A stretch of 64,000 bases of DNA, taken from positions 1,216,001-1,280,000 of the forward strand of contig CAWFXA010000002.1 in the NCBI GenBank assembly GCA_963819655.1, given 5' to 3'. The notes under the pieces are model-generated. The model did not search any database and was not told the DNA's origin. It saw only the letters and a list, made by a program, of their open reading frames with translations. The stretch is from an uncultured Chloroflexia bacterium. Its GTDB lineage: Bacteria > Chloroflexota > Limnocylindria > Limnocylindrales > CSP1-4. The position numbers and the translations under genes were made by a program. How positions within the stretch are numbered: position 1 is the stretch's first letter; every line of letters starts with the position of its first letter. Below, piece after piece: positions 1-9,714 of the stretch.

Positions 1-313
1 CGCCGAGGTGGTGACGCTGGCCGGTGCCGAGACCATCACGACGGGTGACCCCAACACGTATGAGATCTCGTTGGAGACATTGATCGGCAAGGACCCGCAG
101 ATCATCGTGCTCGGGACGAATCCCTTCTACGCGCCGACGCCCGACGCGGTCGCGAAGCGACCGGGCTGGGACGCGATGACCGCCGTCCGCAACGGCGACG
201 TCCGGCCGGTGCGGGACATCGAGATCACCCGTCCGGGGCCGCGGTTGCCGCTCGGTCTGCGAAATCTGGTCGGCGCCATCTGGCCCGACCTCACGCTGCC
301 GGCCGCGTCGTAG
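1..313 (+). CDS. btuF: Cobalamin/iron ABC transporter substrate-binding protein, C-terminal part (truncated by window edge)
   Basis: Class III SBP C-terminal signature (ISLETLIGKDPQII...W..MTAVRNG.V...ITRPGPRL); directly upstream of a FecCD permease and cob genes. Confidence 0.8.
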   Translation, partial: AEVVTLAGAETITTGDPNTYEISLETLIGKDPQIIVLGTNPFYAPTPDAVAKRPGWDAMTAVRNGDVRPVRDIEITRPGPRLPLGLRNLVGAIWPDLTLPAAS

Positions 314-321
314 CCGTCGAC

Positions 322-1398
322 ATGTCGGCGGGAGCGCTGTCTCGCGACCTCGAATCGGGTGGGTTCGCCGCCTGGGTCCGGGCACGGCCGATCGCGGTGG
401 GGCTCGCCGCGGGCGTGTCGCTCGCGGCGATCCTCGTCCTGGGGGTCGGTCTCGGCTCCGTCACGATCCCACCCGACGAGGTCGTCGGCGTGATCCTGTC
501 GAAGACGCTCGGGCTCGACATCGGGGTCACCTGGTCGCCGGCGACCGAGGCGATCGTCTGGGAACTCCGGTTGCCGCGCGTCCTCACATCGATGGTCATC
601 GGCTGCGCTCTCGCGATCGCCGGCGCCACCTTCCAGGGGCTGCTCCGTAACCCTCTGGCCGACCCGTACGTGCTGGGCACGGCGTCGGGCGCCGCTCTCG
701 GCGCAGCGATCGCCGTGCTCCTGCCGATCCAGCTCATGGTCATCGAGTTCGGCCTGCTCCACGGCTTCGCGTTTGCCGGGGCGCTCATCTCCGCCTGGCT
801 GGTCTTCCGTCTCGGGGGAACCGGCGGCGCGGGAGGCATCACCCGCCTGCTGCTCACGGGCTATGCGGTCGGTTCCGTCCTCGCGGCCATGCTCACGATG
901 GCGATGTACGTCTCGGGCGTCGAGCTACGTCAGATCTTCTCGTTTCTGCTCGGGGGTCTCGGCGGGGCGTCGTGGGTGCGTCTGCTCGTCGCGGCGCCCC
1001 TGATCTTTGGCGCGTCCGCGTTGATCATCGCGCGGGGCAGGACGCTCGACGCGTTGATGCTTGGGGACGCCGCCGCGCGCCATCTCGGCGTGGACGTCGG
1101 CCGCGAACGAGGGATCCTGCTCGCTCTCGCGTCGATGGCGACGGCGGCCGCGGTGGCGATCAGCGGTCTGATCGGGTTCGCGGGTCTCGTCGTGCCCCAC
1201 TTCGTCCGTCTGCTGGTCGGCCCGTCGGCGAACCGTGTCCTGCCGATCTCCGCGGTCGTCGGGGCAGCGCTGGTATCGGCGGCGGACCTCGTCGCGCGAC
1301 TCATAGGCGACGTCCCGGTCGGTGTCGTGATGGCGCTGCTGGGCGCCCCATTCTTCCTGTTCCTGCTGCAGCGCTCGCGCTCCGGGTACCAGTTGTGA
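322..1398 (+). CDS. btuC: Cobalamin ABC transporter permease (BtuC/FecCD family)
   Basis: LRLPR, QGLLRNPLADPYVLG and GLIGFAGLVVPH motifs; highly hydrophobic. Confidence 0.9.
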   Translation: MSAGALSRDLESGGFAAWVRARPIAVGLAAGVSLAAILVLGVGLGSVTIPPDEVVGVILSKTLGLDIGVTWSPATEAIVWELRLPRVLTSMVIGCALAIAGATFQGLLRNPLADPYVLGTASGAALGAAIAVLLPIQLMVIEFGLLHGFAFAGALISAWLVFRLGGTGGAGGITRLLLTGYAVGSVLAAMLTMAMYVSGVELRQIFSFLLGGLGGASWVRLLVAAPLIFGASALIIARGRTLDALMLGDAAARHLGVDVGRERGILLALASMATAAAVAISGLIGFAGLVVPHFVRLLVGPSANRVLPISAVVGAALVSAADLVARLIGDVPVGVVMALLGAPFFLFLLQRSRSGYQL

Positions 1399-2162
1399 CG
1401 GACGCCTCCCCGATCCTCCAGGCGTCCGGCGTGACGATCACGTACGGTGAGCGGACCGTCGTTGACCGCGCGACGCTGGCCGTCGCGCGAGGAGAGCGGG
1501 TGGCGCTCGTCGGGCCGAACGGCGCCGGCAAATCGACCTTGCTGCGCGCGCTGACCGGCGTGCTCGTGCCGAAGAGTGGGTCGGTCGGTCTCGCCGGCGA
1601 GGCGATCGAGCACGTCGGGCGGGCCACCCTGGCGCGCACGGTCGCGGTCGTGCCGGAAGTCGCGGACCTCCCGTTCGCGATGCCGGTCGTGGAGGTCGTC
1701 GCGTTGGGCCGGCTGCCACACGACCCACCGTTCAGCGGGCTTCGGAGCAGCGACGTCACGGCGATCGACCGAGCGATCGAACGCGTCGGCATCCAGCATC
1801 TTCGGACGCGCGATGTCCGCGAGCTGTCGATGGGTGAGCGGCAGCTGGTCTTCATCGCGGTGGCCCTCGCTCAGGCCGCCCCGATCCTCGTGGTCGATGA
1901 GCCGACCGCGCACCTCGATATCCGCCACCAGGTCGAGGTGATGCAGCTGCTCGTCGAGTTGAACGTTCGGGACGGCGCGACGATCGTCGCGGTCCTCCAC
2001 GATCTCGCGCTCGCCGCCCACTTCTTCCCACGCGTCGTCGTCATGGATGGCGGGCGGATCGTGGCGGACGGCTCGCCGGCCGAGACGCTCGGCGAAACGA
2101 CGATCCGGACGGTCTTCGGGGTCGATCCGGGACTGGTCCGTTTGCCCGTGGCGGCTGGCTGA
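1395..2162 (+). CDS. btuD: Cobalamin ABC transporter ATP-binding protein
   Basis: Walker A GPNGAGKST, LSMGERQ signature, Walker B VVDEPT, H-loop LHDL; GTG start overlaps the upstream TGA. Confidence 0.9.
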   Translation: MTDASPILQASGVTITYGERTVVDRATLAVARGERVALVGPNGAGKSTLLRALTGVLVPKSGSVGLAGEAIEHVGRATLARTVAVVPEVADLPFAMPVVEVVALGRLPHDPPFSGLRSSDVTAIDRAIERVGIQHLRTRDVRELSMGERQLVFIAVALAQAAPILVVDEPTAHLDIRHQVEVMQLLVELNVRDGATIVAVLHDLALAAHFFPRVVVMDGGRIVADGSPAETLGETTIRTVFGVDPGLVRLPVAAG

Positions 2163-2164
2163 CG

Positions 2165-2914
2165 ATGGACACGATGCGGGACGCGATCGGCCTCCTCACC
2201 CGCCTGCCGGTCGCGGTGGCCGGCACGGATCGGTCTGGAGCGGCGGCGTTCGCCATCGTCGGCGCGCTCGTCGGCGCAGTGGGTGCCGTGCCGCTGGCCG
2301 TGCTCGCCGGACCGGCCGGTGAGCCCGTGCTGGGTGCGATCGCGGCCATCGCGACCGTTGCGATCGTCACCGGTGCGCTCCACCTCGACGGTCTGGCAGA
2401 CACCGCCGACGCGCTGCTCGCTCGTGACCCGGCGGCGGCCGAGCGGGCGCGGACAGACCCGCATCTGGGGACCGGCGGAGCCATCGCGCTGGTGCTCGCG
2501 ATCGGCGCCGAGATCGCCGCGCTGGCGAACATCGCCGGGTCCGCTGGGGTCGTGCTCAGCGCATCGGCGCTTGTCGTCGTCACCGCGTTCTCGCGGGTGG
2601 TCCCGGTCGTGGCGGTGCAGACGGCGCTCGTGCGAACGGCCTCGTCCGGGCTCGGGTCGTGGTTCGGCGCGACCGTCTCGCGCACGGACGCGATCCTTGC
2701 GGCCGGGACGGCGGCCCTGGTGCTGGGTGCCGCGATGGCCATCTCCGGCGCGAGCTGGACGCTCCCTGTGGCGGCCGTCGTCGAGCTCGGCGTCGGCCTC
2801 GCAACGGTCGCCGCCCTCGTCCGCGTGCGTGGAAGCCTTGACGGGGATGGGATGGGCGCGTCGATCGAGATCTCGATGGTCGCCGGCCTGGCCGCCGTCG
2901 CGGTCGCATCGTGA
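2165..2914 (+). CDS. cobS: Adenosylcobinamide-GDP ribazoletransferase
   Basis: LTRLP N-terminus, TGALHLDGLADTAD motif, C-terminal GSLDGDGMGA.IE; membrane protein. Confidence 0.9.
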   Translation: MDTMRDAIGLLTRLPVAVAGTDRSGAAAFAIVGALVGAVGAVPLAVLAGPAGEPVLGAIAAIATVAIVTGALHLDGLADTADALLARDPAAAERARTDPHLGTGGAIALVLAIGAEIAALANIAGSAGVVLSASALVVVTAFSRVVPVVAVQTALVRTASSGLGSWFGATVSRTDAILAAGTAALVLGAAMAISGASWTLPVAAVVELGVGLATVAALVRVRGSLDGDGMGASIEISMVAGLAAVAVAS

Positions 2915-2926
2915 CGGTCTGAGCAC

Positions 2927-3466
2927 GTGGCGTCCCCACTCATCCTCGCACTCGGCGGGACCCGCAGCGGCAAAAGCCGATTCGGTCTCGCGACGACCCG
3001 CCGACTGGCCGGCGATGGGCGGGCCTGGTTCCTCGGCACCGCCTGGAGTGGCGACCCCGAGCTCGACGAGCGCATCAGGCGCCATCGTCTCGAGCGCCCC
3101 GCGGACTGGCCGACGGTCGATGTCGGGGTCGATCTGGCGGCATCGATCGCGTCCACCGCGCCCGCCGAGCCGATCCTCCTCGACGGCCTGACCCTGTGGC
3201 TCAGCAGCCTGCTCGGCGACGACGTCCCGGCGATCGATCCGATCCTCGACGGACCGGTTGCCGCGGCCTTCGACGCTCTCGCCGCTCGACCCGGTCCAGC
3301 GGTCGTCGTGAGCGACGAGGTCGGTCTTGGCATCGTCCCCATGCACCCGAACGCGCGGGTGTATCGCGACCTCGTCGGGATCGCCCATCAGCGGCTCGCC
3401 GCGATGGCCGACGAGGCGTATCTCTTCGTCGCCGGCATGCCGGTCACCCTGAAAGGACCGCGATGA
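2927..3466 (+). CDS. cobU: Bifunctional adenosylcobinamide kinase / cobinamide-phosphate guanylyltransferase
   Basis: GGTRSGKS, ERIRRHR..RP..W.T, LLDGLTLWLS, VSDEVGLGIVP, YRDLVG motifs. Confidence 0.93.
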   Translation: MASPLILALGGTRSGKSRFGLATTRRLAGDGRAWFLGTAWSGDPELDERIRRHRLERPADWPTVDVGVDLAASIASTAPAEPILLDGLTLWLSSLLGDDVPAIDPILDGPVAAAFDALAARPGPAVVVSDEVGLGIVPMHPNARVYRDLVGIAHQRLAAMADEAYLFVAGMPVTLKGPR

Positions 3467-4584
3467 GTCCGGACGAAGCGGCGCTCGCGGCCGGCATCGA
3501 TGCGGTCGAGACACTGGGCCCACTCGATCCGGTGGCTATGGCCGACGCGGCGGCGATCCTCGATGCGCTGACGAAGCCGCCCGGAAGCCTCGGTCGGCTC
3601 GAAGACCTGGTCATCCAGCTCGCCGGGATCACCGCGACCACCCGACCGACCCTGCGCGATCGAGCGATCGTCGTCGCCGCGGCCGATCATGGCGTCGCCC
3701 GACAGGGCGTTTCGGCCTATCCCGCCGAGGTCACGGCGCAGATGGTCGGCAACTTCTTGGCCGGCGGCGCGGCGATCAATACGCTCGGTGCGACTGTCGG
3801 AGCGAGCCTCACCGTGATCGACGTCGGCGTTGCGGGGTCGATCCCGGACGCGGCTGCCGTGGGTGGGCACGGCGCACGCCTCCTCCGTGCTCGAGTCCGC
3901 CCGGGCACCGCCGACATGACGATCGGCGCCGCCATGTCCCGCGAGGAGGCGCTCCGCGCCGTGGCTGTCGGCCTGGCGGCGAGTCGCTCGCTGCGGGCGG
4001 ACGGCGTGGAGCTCATCGCGGTCGGCGAGATGGGCATCGGCAACACGACCGCCGCCAGCGCGATCACAGCCGCGATGACCGGTCTCGCCCCGGAGCGCGT
4101 CACGGGCCACGGGACCGGGATCGACGACGCGAGACACGCCCACAAGGTCGAGATCGTCACGGGCGCACTCGATCGACACCGACCCGACCCCGCGGATCCG
4201 ATCGGCGTCCTCGCAGCGGTCGGCGGGCTCGAGATCGGTGCTCTGGTCGGGGTTCTGATCGGCGCCGTCGCGGGCCGCACCCCGGTCGTGCTCGACGGTT
4301 TCATCACGGGCGCGGCGGCCCTGCTGGCGGCGGCCCTGGCGCCGGGGATCGCACCTCGGCTGATCGCCGGCCATCGCAGCGTGGAGCCGGGCCACGCGAT
4401 CGTCCTGGAGCGGCTCGGCCTGCGGCCCGTCCTGGAGCTCGACCTTCGGCTGGGAGAGGGGACCGGCGCCGCCCTCGCGATCACCGTCATCGACGCCGCG
4501 ATCGCCTTGCGCGACGGCATGGCGACGTTCGGATCCGCGCGGGTCTCCGGCCCTCTCGAACGCATCACCCCCGCCGACCGGTGA
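3463..4584 (+). CDS. cobT: Nicotinate-nucleotide--dimethylbenzimidazole phosphoribosyltransferase
   Basis: LTKPPGSLGRLE, AADHGV, GEMGIGNTT, GGLEI, LDGFI, LRLGEGTGA; ATG at 3463 overlaps the cobU stop. Confidence 0.95.
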   Translation: MSPDEAALAAGIDAVETLGPLDPVAMADAAAILDALTKPPGSLGRLEDLVIQLAGITATTRPTLRDRAIVVAAADHGVARQGVSAYPAEVTAQMVGNFLAGGAAINTLGATVGASLTVIDVGVAGSIPDAAAVGGHGARLLRARVRPGTADMTIGAAMSREEALRAVAVGLAASRSLRADGVELIAVGEMGIGNTTAASAITAAMTGLAPERVTGHGTGIDDARHAHKVEIVTGALDRHRPDPADPIGVLAAVGGLEIGALVGVLIGAVAGRTPVVLDGFITGAAALLAAALAPGIAPRLIAGHRSVEPGHAIVLERLGLRPVLELDLRLGEGTGAALAITVIDAAIALRDGMATFGSARVSGPLERITPADR

Positions 4585-5174
4585 CCGAGATCGTGCTCGT
4601 CCGTCACGCGGCGACGACGTGGTCGGGCAGCCGATATTGCGGGCGGAGTGACCCGCCGTTGTCCGACACCGGCCGGGCGGAGGCAGTGCGACTCGCCGCG
4701 GACCTCGCGCCGCTCATCGTGACCCGGACGCTCCTGATCTCGAGCCCGTCGATCCGGGCACGCGAGACGGCCAAGGCGATCGCCTCGGCCGCTGGGATCG
4801 ACCATGTGGAAACTGACGACCGCTGGCTCGAAGCCGATGTCGGTATCGCCGAAGGGCGGACCTTCGACGAGGTGGCAGAACAGGCCCCGGCACTCGCCGA
4901 AATGCTCGCCGCCGGCACGCTCGAGATCGACTGGCCCGGTGGGGAGACGCATCTCGCCCTGGCTGGTCGGGTCGCCGGCGCCTGGCAAGACCTCGTGGAC
5001 CTTCGGCGCCCGTTCATCGTCGTGACCCATGCCGGTCCGTTGATGCACGCCCTCGCGTTCGCGGAGCGGCGGCCACCCCGGAGCGACGACCTCCTGGCAC
5101 CGGCGGCGTACGTGCGGGTGCGACTCCCCGGCGAGGGGCTAACGTCACCCACCGTGCTACCCTCCCGGGCGTGA
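4581..5174 (+). CDS. cobC: Histidine phosphatase, probable alpha-ribazole/adenosylcobalamin phosphatase
   Basis: LVRHA (RHG-like), D.PLS..G, SSP..RA.ETA, PGGET, VVTHAG; follows cobT. Confidence 0.75.
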   Translation: MTEIVLVRHAATTWSGSRYCGRSDPPLSDTGRAEAVRLAADLAPLIVTRTLLISSPSIRARETAKAIASAAGIDHVETDDRWLEADVGIAEGRTFDEVAEQAPALAEMLAAGTLEIDWPGGETHLALAGRVAGAWQDLVDLRRPFIVVTHAGPLMHALAFAERRPPRSDDLLAPAAYVRVRLPGEGLTSPTVLPSRA

Positions 5175-5860
5175 CGCCACCCCGACCGGTCTCGACGGGA
5201 CGTCCTGCCGCCGTCCGTCATCGGCCGACCCTCGTGCTCCTTGCAACCGCCGCGATCGCCGTGCTCGCGGCTGGCTGCATCGGTGGCGAGACGGCGTCGA
5301 CGACCACGCCGAGTGCGAGCCTCGCGCCGTTCACCGCGCCTCCGTCAGCGACCATGTCGAGCGCTCCGAGTGCGTTGCCGACAGAAACCCCCACGGTCGC
5401 GCCGACCCCGAGCGGATCGCCGGCCGAGTCGCCGGCGGCGGATGCGGTCGCTGGCTGCACCGGCACCGACGACAACCGCGCTTTCTACACCGAGGCCGCG
5501 GCAAACCTCGACTGGCCGGTGTACTGCGCCGTTCTGCCGGCTCGCTGGTCGGTCAACACGGGCAGCTACAGCGGACAGGGCGTCGGGCGGCTCGTCATCT
5601 CCTACAGGGGCCCCGGCGGCGCCAGCCTGTCCCTGCACCAAGGTGCGTTCTGCGACGACGGCGACGGCTGCGTCGCGGCCGGAACTGACTCCGGCGACGC
5701 ACCCTTCGGCGATCAGACCGGCACGCTGGTCGTCCTCGATGGCGGCGGCTACGCGATCGTCGTCGATCGCGGCGGACAGCCGAGCTGGCTCGTCACGGGC
5801 CAGGGCCTCGACGAAGCCACGTTCCGGGCATTCGCCGCCGACTTCATCCGCCTCGACTGA
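5171..5860 (+). CDS. Hypothetical lipoprotein with Pro/Ser/Thr linker and Cys-containing globular domain
   Basis: Basic then hydrophobic signal with lipobox LAAG-C; PST-rich linker; 4 further Cys; GTGA overlap with cobC. Confidence 0.7.
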   Translation: MTPPRPVSTGRPAAVRHRPTLVLLATAAIAVLAAGCIGGETASTTTPSASLAPFTAPPSATMSSAPSALPTETPTVAPTPSGSPAESPAADAVAGCTGTDDNRAFYTEAAANLDWPVYCAVLPARWSVNTGSYSGQGVGRLVISYRGPGGASLSLHQGAFCDDGDGCVAAGTDSGDAPFGDQTGTLVVLDGGGYAIVVDRGGQPSWLVTGQGLDEATFRAFAADFIRLD

Positions 5861-6808
5861 TCAGTCGGGACGCGGTTCCGCCGGTCCGGCCTCGGCGAGC
5901 GCGGCCTCGGCAACCCCCGCGACCGCGTCGACCGTGGATTCCATGTCCGCGTCGTCGCCTGCCATCACGGCCGTCGCCCCGAAGCCGATGACCGGCGCGC
6001 CGCTCGTCGCGATCGTCCGCACCGTGGCGATCGCCGTCCCGAGCGTGAGGCCCCCGGGCTCGGGCGTCGCCACAGCCCAGCCGCCGGCGGCATCGAGCGC
6101 ATCCATGTCGAACGCGATGTACCAGGCGTCGATCCGCTCTGCGACCGTGGCGCTCCACGATTCGACGGCGGCCTGACCGGCGGCGTCCGCCAGCATCCCA
6201 GGCCCGAACTGCGCCACCCCGTTCGCGGCGAGCAGCCTCAATTCGGTCTCATCGAGCACCTGGCCGCCAAACAGCCCGGCATCGAGCTCACGCACGGTCG
6301 GGCCCTCTGCCGCCGCGACCAGGGCCGGGTCGCCGCGACCACAGGCCATCGCGAACGGCATGCCCCACACGTTGCCCGACGGCGTCGTGTCCGGCGTGTT
6401 GAAGTCGCCGTGGGCGTCGAACCAGGCCAGCCCGAGGCGCATCCCCGGCCGGGCCCTGCGGATGCCGGCCATGGCTCCCGCATGGGTCGTGCAGTCGCCC
6501 CCGAGGACGAGCAGGCGCGCGTCATCACCGCCCTGGACGAGGCCGGTCTGGACATGGGTCGCGAGGCGACCGAGATAGGCCACGATGCGGTCGCGGTTTT
6601 TCGCGCGCGGATCGTCGTCGGCGACCCAGCCCGGATCGTTGGCGGCGTCGCCATGGTCGAGCCACGTGATGCCCGACAGCGACGACCTCGCCGCGAGCCG
6701 GTCGCGCAGGCCAAGCCTGCGGAGCTCGGTCGGGGTCCGCTCCATACCGCCGAAGTGGCCGCCGAGCGCCGTCGGGGAGCCGGCGATCACGATGGTGGGA
6801 TCGGTCAC
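5861..6808 (-). CDS. Arginase/ureohydrolase family protein with non-canonical residues
   Basis: GGDCT, WFDAHGDFNTPDTTPSGN and FDMDALD motifs; GTG at 6808 is preceded 7 nt upstream by TATCCT. Confidence 0.85.
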   Translation of the reverse strand: MTDPTIVIAGSPTALGGHFGGMERTPTELRRLGLRDRLAARSSLSGITWLDHGDAANDPGWVADDDPRAKNRDRIVAYLGRLATHVQTGLVQGGDDARLLVLGGDCTTHAGAMAGIRRARPGMRLGLAWFDAHGDFNTPDTTPSGNVWGMPFAMACGRGDPALVAAAEGPTVRELDAGLFGGQVLDETELRLLAANGVAQFGPGMLADAAGQAAVESWSATVAERIDAWYIAFDMDALDAAGGWAVATPEPGGLTLGTAIATVRTIATSGAPVIGFGATAVMAGDDADMESTVDAVAGVAEAALAEAGPAEPRPD

Positions 6809-6860
6809 GTCGCTCAGGATACCCGTGCGGCGGCGATCGACCTTCGGCATGATGGCCGTG

Positions 6861-7985
6861 ATGCGGATCGCCGACTTCGCGCTCGAGCGCTATTTCGCTC
6901 GCTGGGAGTTCGCCGTGGAGCACCTGCTCTGCGCGTCCGACCTGCAGGGCTACCCGATGGCCGAGCTAATCGCCCTGGCTGATCCCGAGACGCGTGCGAT
7001 GTGGGATGGGCTGACTCTGGGCTACACCGAATCGACCGGTCATCCGCTCCTGCGCCGCGAGATCGCGGCGCTCTACGACGGGATCGACCCCGACGACGTC
7101 CTCGTGTTCGCCGGGGCGGAGGAAGGGATCTTCTGCCTGGCGAATGTGGCCCTCGGTCCCGGCGACCACGCGATCGTGACCTGGCCCGGGTACCAGAGCC
7201 TGTACGAGGTCGCGCGCGCGACCGGTGCGGACGTCACTCTCCACGAGCTTCGCGAGGACGCCGGCTGGGCGATCGACATCGACCTGCTTCGACGCCAGCT
7301 CACGACGGCGACGCGGCTTATCGTCGTCAATGCCCCGCACAACCCGACCGGGATGCTGCCCGATCGCGCGACGTTCGACGCCGTCGTTGCGCTTGCCGAG
7401 GAGAGCGGCGCCCACCTTCTCCTCGACGAGGTCTACCGCTTCCTGGAGTTCGATGCGGCGGATCGCCTGCCGGCCGGTGCCGACGCGACGGCGCGCGGGA
7501 TCTCGCTCGGCGTCATGTCGAAGTCGTTCGCGATGGCCGGCCTGCGGATCGGGTGGCTGGCGACACGCGATCGCGACCTGCTGGCCAGGTGCGCCAGATT
7601 CAAGGACTACACGACGATCTGCTCCGCGGCGCCGTCCGAGGTGCTGGCTCTCATCGGTCTGCGTGCTCGTGACGCGGTCCTTGCCCGGTCGCGCGAGATC
7701 GTCGGCGCGAACCTCGAACGTCTCGATGCGTTCTTCGACGATTGGGCGGACCGTTTCACGTGGATCCGCCCGCGGGCCGGGTCGGTCGGCTTCCCGCGGC
7801 TGACCGTTCCCGGTGTCACGATCGACGAGTGGGCGGCGAGCCTGATCGAGGCCGAGGGCGTCCTCCTACTACCCGGATCCCAGTTCGGCTACGGCGGCAA
7901 TCATTTCCGGCTTGGGTTCGGACGGACCGATCTGCCCGCCGCTTTGGACCGTCTGGAGGCGCACGCACGCCGCACTCTTCGCTGA
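6861..7985 (+). CDS. Class I/II PLP-dependent aminotransferase
   Basis: NAPHNPTG, LDEVY, MSKSFAMAGLRIGW (PLP lysine), FRLGFG. Confidence 0.9.
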   Translation: MRIADFALERYFARWEFAVEHLLCASDLQGYPMAELIALADPETRAMWDGLTLGYTESTGHPLLRREIAALYDGIDPDDVLVFAGAEEGIFCLANVALGPGDHAIVTWPGYQSLYEVARATGADVTLHELREDAGWAIDIDLLRRQLTTATRLIVVNAPHNPTGMLPDRATFDAVVALAEESGAHLLLDEVYRFLEFDAADRLPAGADATARGISLGVMSKSFAMAGLRIGWLATRDRDLLARCARFKDYTTICSAAPSEVLALIGLRARDAVLARSREIVGANLERLDAFFDDWADRFTWIRPRAGSVGFPRLTVPGVTIDEWAASLIEAEGVLLLPGSQFGYGGNHFRLGFGRTDLPAALDRLEAHARRTLR

Positions 7986-8245
7986 TCGCGGGCGGCCGAC
8001 GACCGGTGCCGACCGCCCCGTGCCGCTCCGGACGGCCCCACGACCGGTACCTTCGGCCCTCCCCGGATCTGGGACGTGCGTCGACGCACCGGTGCACCGC
8101 CGCACGGTCCTACACGAAGGGTCCTACGCCGGGTACCAGTTTCTCCCTTAGCCGATCGTCGTCCACCACCTAGCGTTCGGAGTCCATCGGGGGATGGGCC
8201 TCGCGTCCCTGGACGCGGGGCCCATGGATCGAAAGGACAGCCGGG

Positions 8246-9714
8246 GTGGTCCGAACGAGGCGACATCAGCGTGCCGATCGACTCGCTGCCGCGTGGCTGG
8301 TGGCGCTTCTGTCGATCGCGGTCGCGCCCGCCGCGCCGTTCGCGTCACAGGTTGCCGTCGCGGCGTCGGCAACGACCGTCGACGTCTCGCCGGAGCACGG
8401 CGCAGGCCCCACGGGCGGGGTGGTCGTCCTCACCGCGAGGGTCTACGACGAGAACGGCGACCTCTATGCGGGAACCGGCACTTCCACGCACGTGCGGTTC
8501 TTCTTTCACCCGAGCAGCCCCAACGACCTCGATAGCCCCGGGAACAGCTCCGATCTAGACTGCGCGACCGGCGACGACGGGATGTGTACGGTCTCGTACA
8601 CGGCGGCGGTCGTCGGGACCGACATCATCTGTGCGCTGATCGGCGGTCCGAGCTCGCAATGCGACGACGAGGGCGTCGGAGATCCCGAGCGCAACGATCG
8701 CGTGGACGCGGTCGAGCACGTCAACCCTGGAACGCCCAGCCCGACACCGACCCCCACCCCGACCCCCACCCCGACGCCCAGCCCGACACCGACGCCCAGC
8801 CCGACACCGACCCCCACCCCGACCCCCACCCCGACGCCCAGCCCGACACCGACGCCCAGCCCGACGCCGACCCCGACCCCCACGCCGACGCCGACCCCCA
8901 CGCCGACGCCCAGCCCGACGCCCAGCCCCACCCCGACGCCCAGCCCGACGCCGACGCCCAGCCCGACGCCGACGCCCAGCCCGACGCCGACCCCGACCCC
9001 CACGCCGACGCCGACCCCGACGCCGACGCCCAGCCCGACGCCGACCCCGACCCCCACCCCGACGCCCAACCCGACGCCGACGCCCAGCCCGACGCCGACC
9101 CCGACCCCGACGCCCACGCCCGACGCCCGACGCCGACCCCCACGCCGACGCCGACCCCCACCCCGACCGCCACGCCGACGCCGACCGCCACGCCGACGCC
9201 GACGCCCAGCCCGACCCTGACCCCCGCCCCGACCCCGACGCCTGAGGCGTCGCCCGATACGGATCCGACCCCGTCGGCGACACCTTCACCGACGATGGAA
9301 CCGACGCCGTCGCCGGCGACGACCGGGCCGATCCCGTCGATGACGCCCGACAACCCCGGGCCTGGTGGGCCTGGCGGATCCGGCGGTGAGACGACACCCG
9401 TCGGCTCAGGCAGTCAGGCCACACCTGGTCCGGCGCCCACCACGCCGCCTGCGATGAGTCCGCTCGCGGCCTTGCCCGAGGCAGGCATGTTCGTCCAGGG
9501 GATCGTCGAAGGCGTTCGCGAGCGAGTCGCGGCGACCGTCCGACCGCAGGCCATCGTGGCGGTCGCTGAAGCGTTCAGCTTCCCGCTCGTCCTGATGGTC
9601 GTGGTCCTGGTATTCCTGATCGGTCAGTGGCGGATGGACGATCCGAAATTCCGACTGGCGCCACTGAGCCGGGCCGACACAACGATCGTGTTCGAGGAAG
9701 AGGGGGCGATCTGA
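8246..9714 (+). CDS. Secreted/membrane-anchored protein: Ig-like Cys domain, long Pro-Thr stalk, C-terminal TM; frameshift near 9115-9130
   Basis: ORF 8246-9220 gives signal peptide, beta-rich domain and PT repeats; ORF ending 9714 resumes PT repeats and ends in a TM helix plus DDPKFRLAP. Confidence 0.75.
8730..9245 (+). repeat. Intragenic tandem repeat encoding (PT/PS)n
   Basis: Near-perfect CCGACG/CCCACC/CCCAGC hexamer array with higher-order ~60-bp duplications (lines starting 8761 and 8821 nearly identical). Confidence 0.95.

Noticed and set aside
8730-9245. Possible CRISPR array or GV-repeat antisense protein
   Set aside because: A contiguous hexamer repeat with no unique spacers and no cas genes; it encodes Pro-Thr on the + strand.
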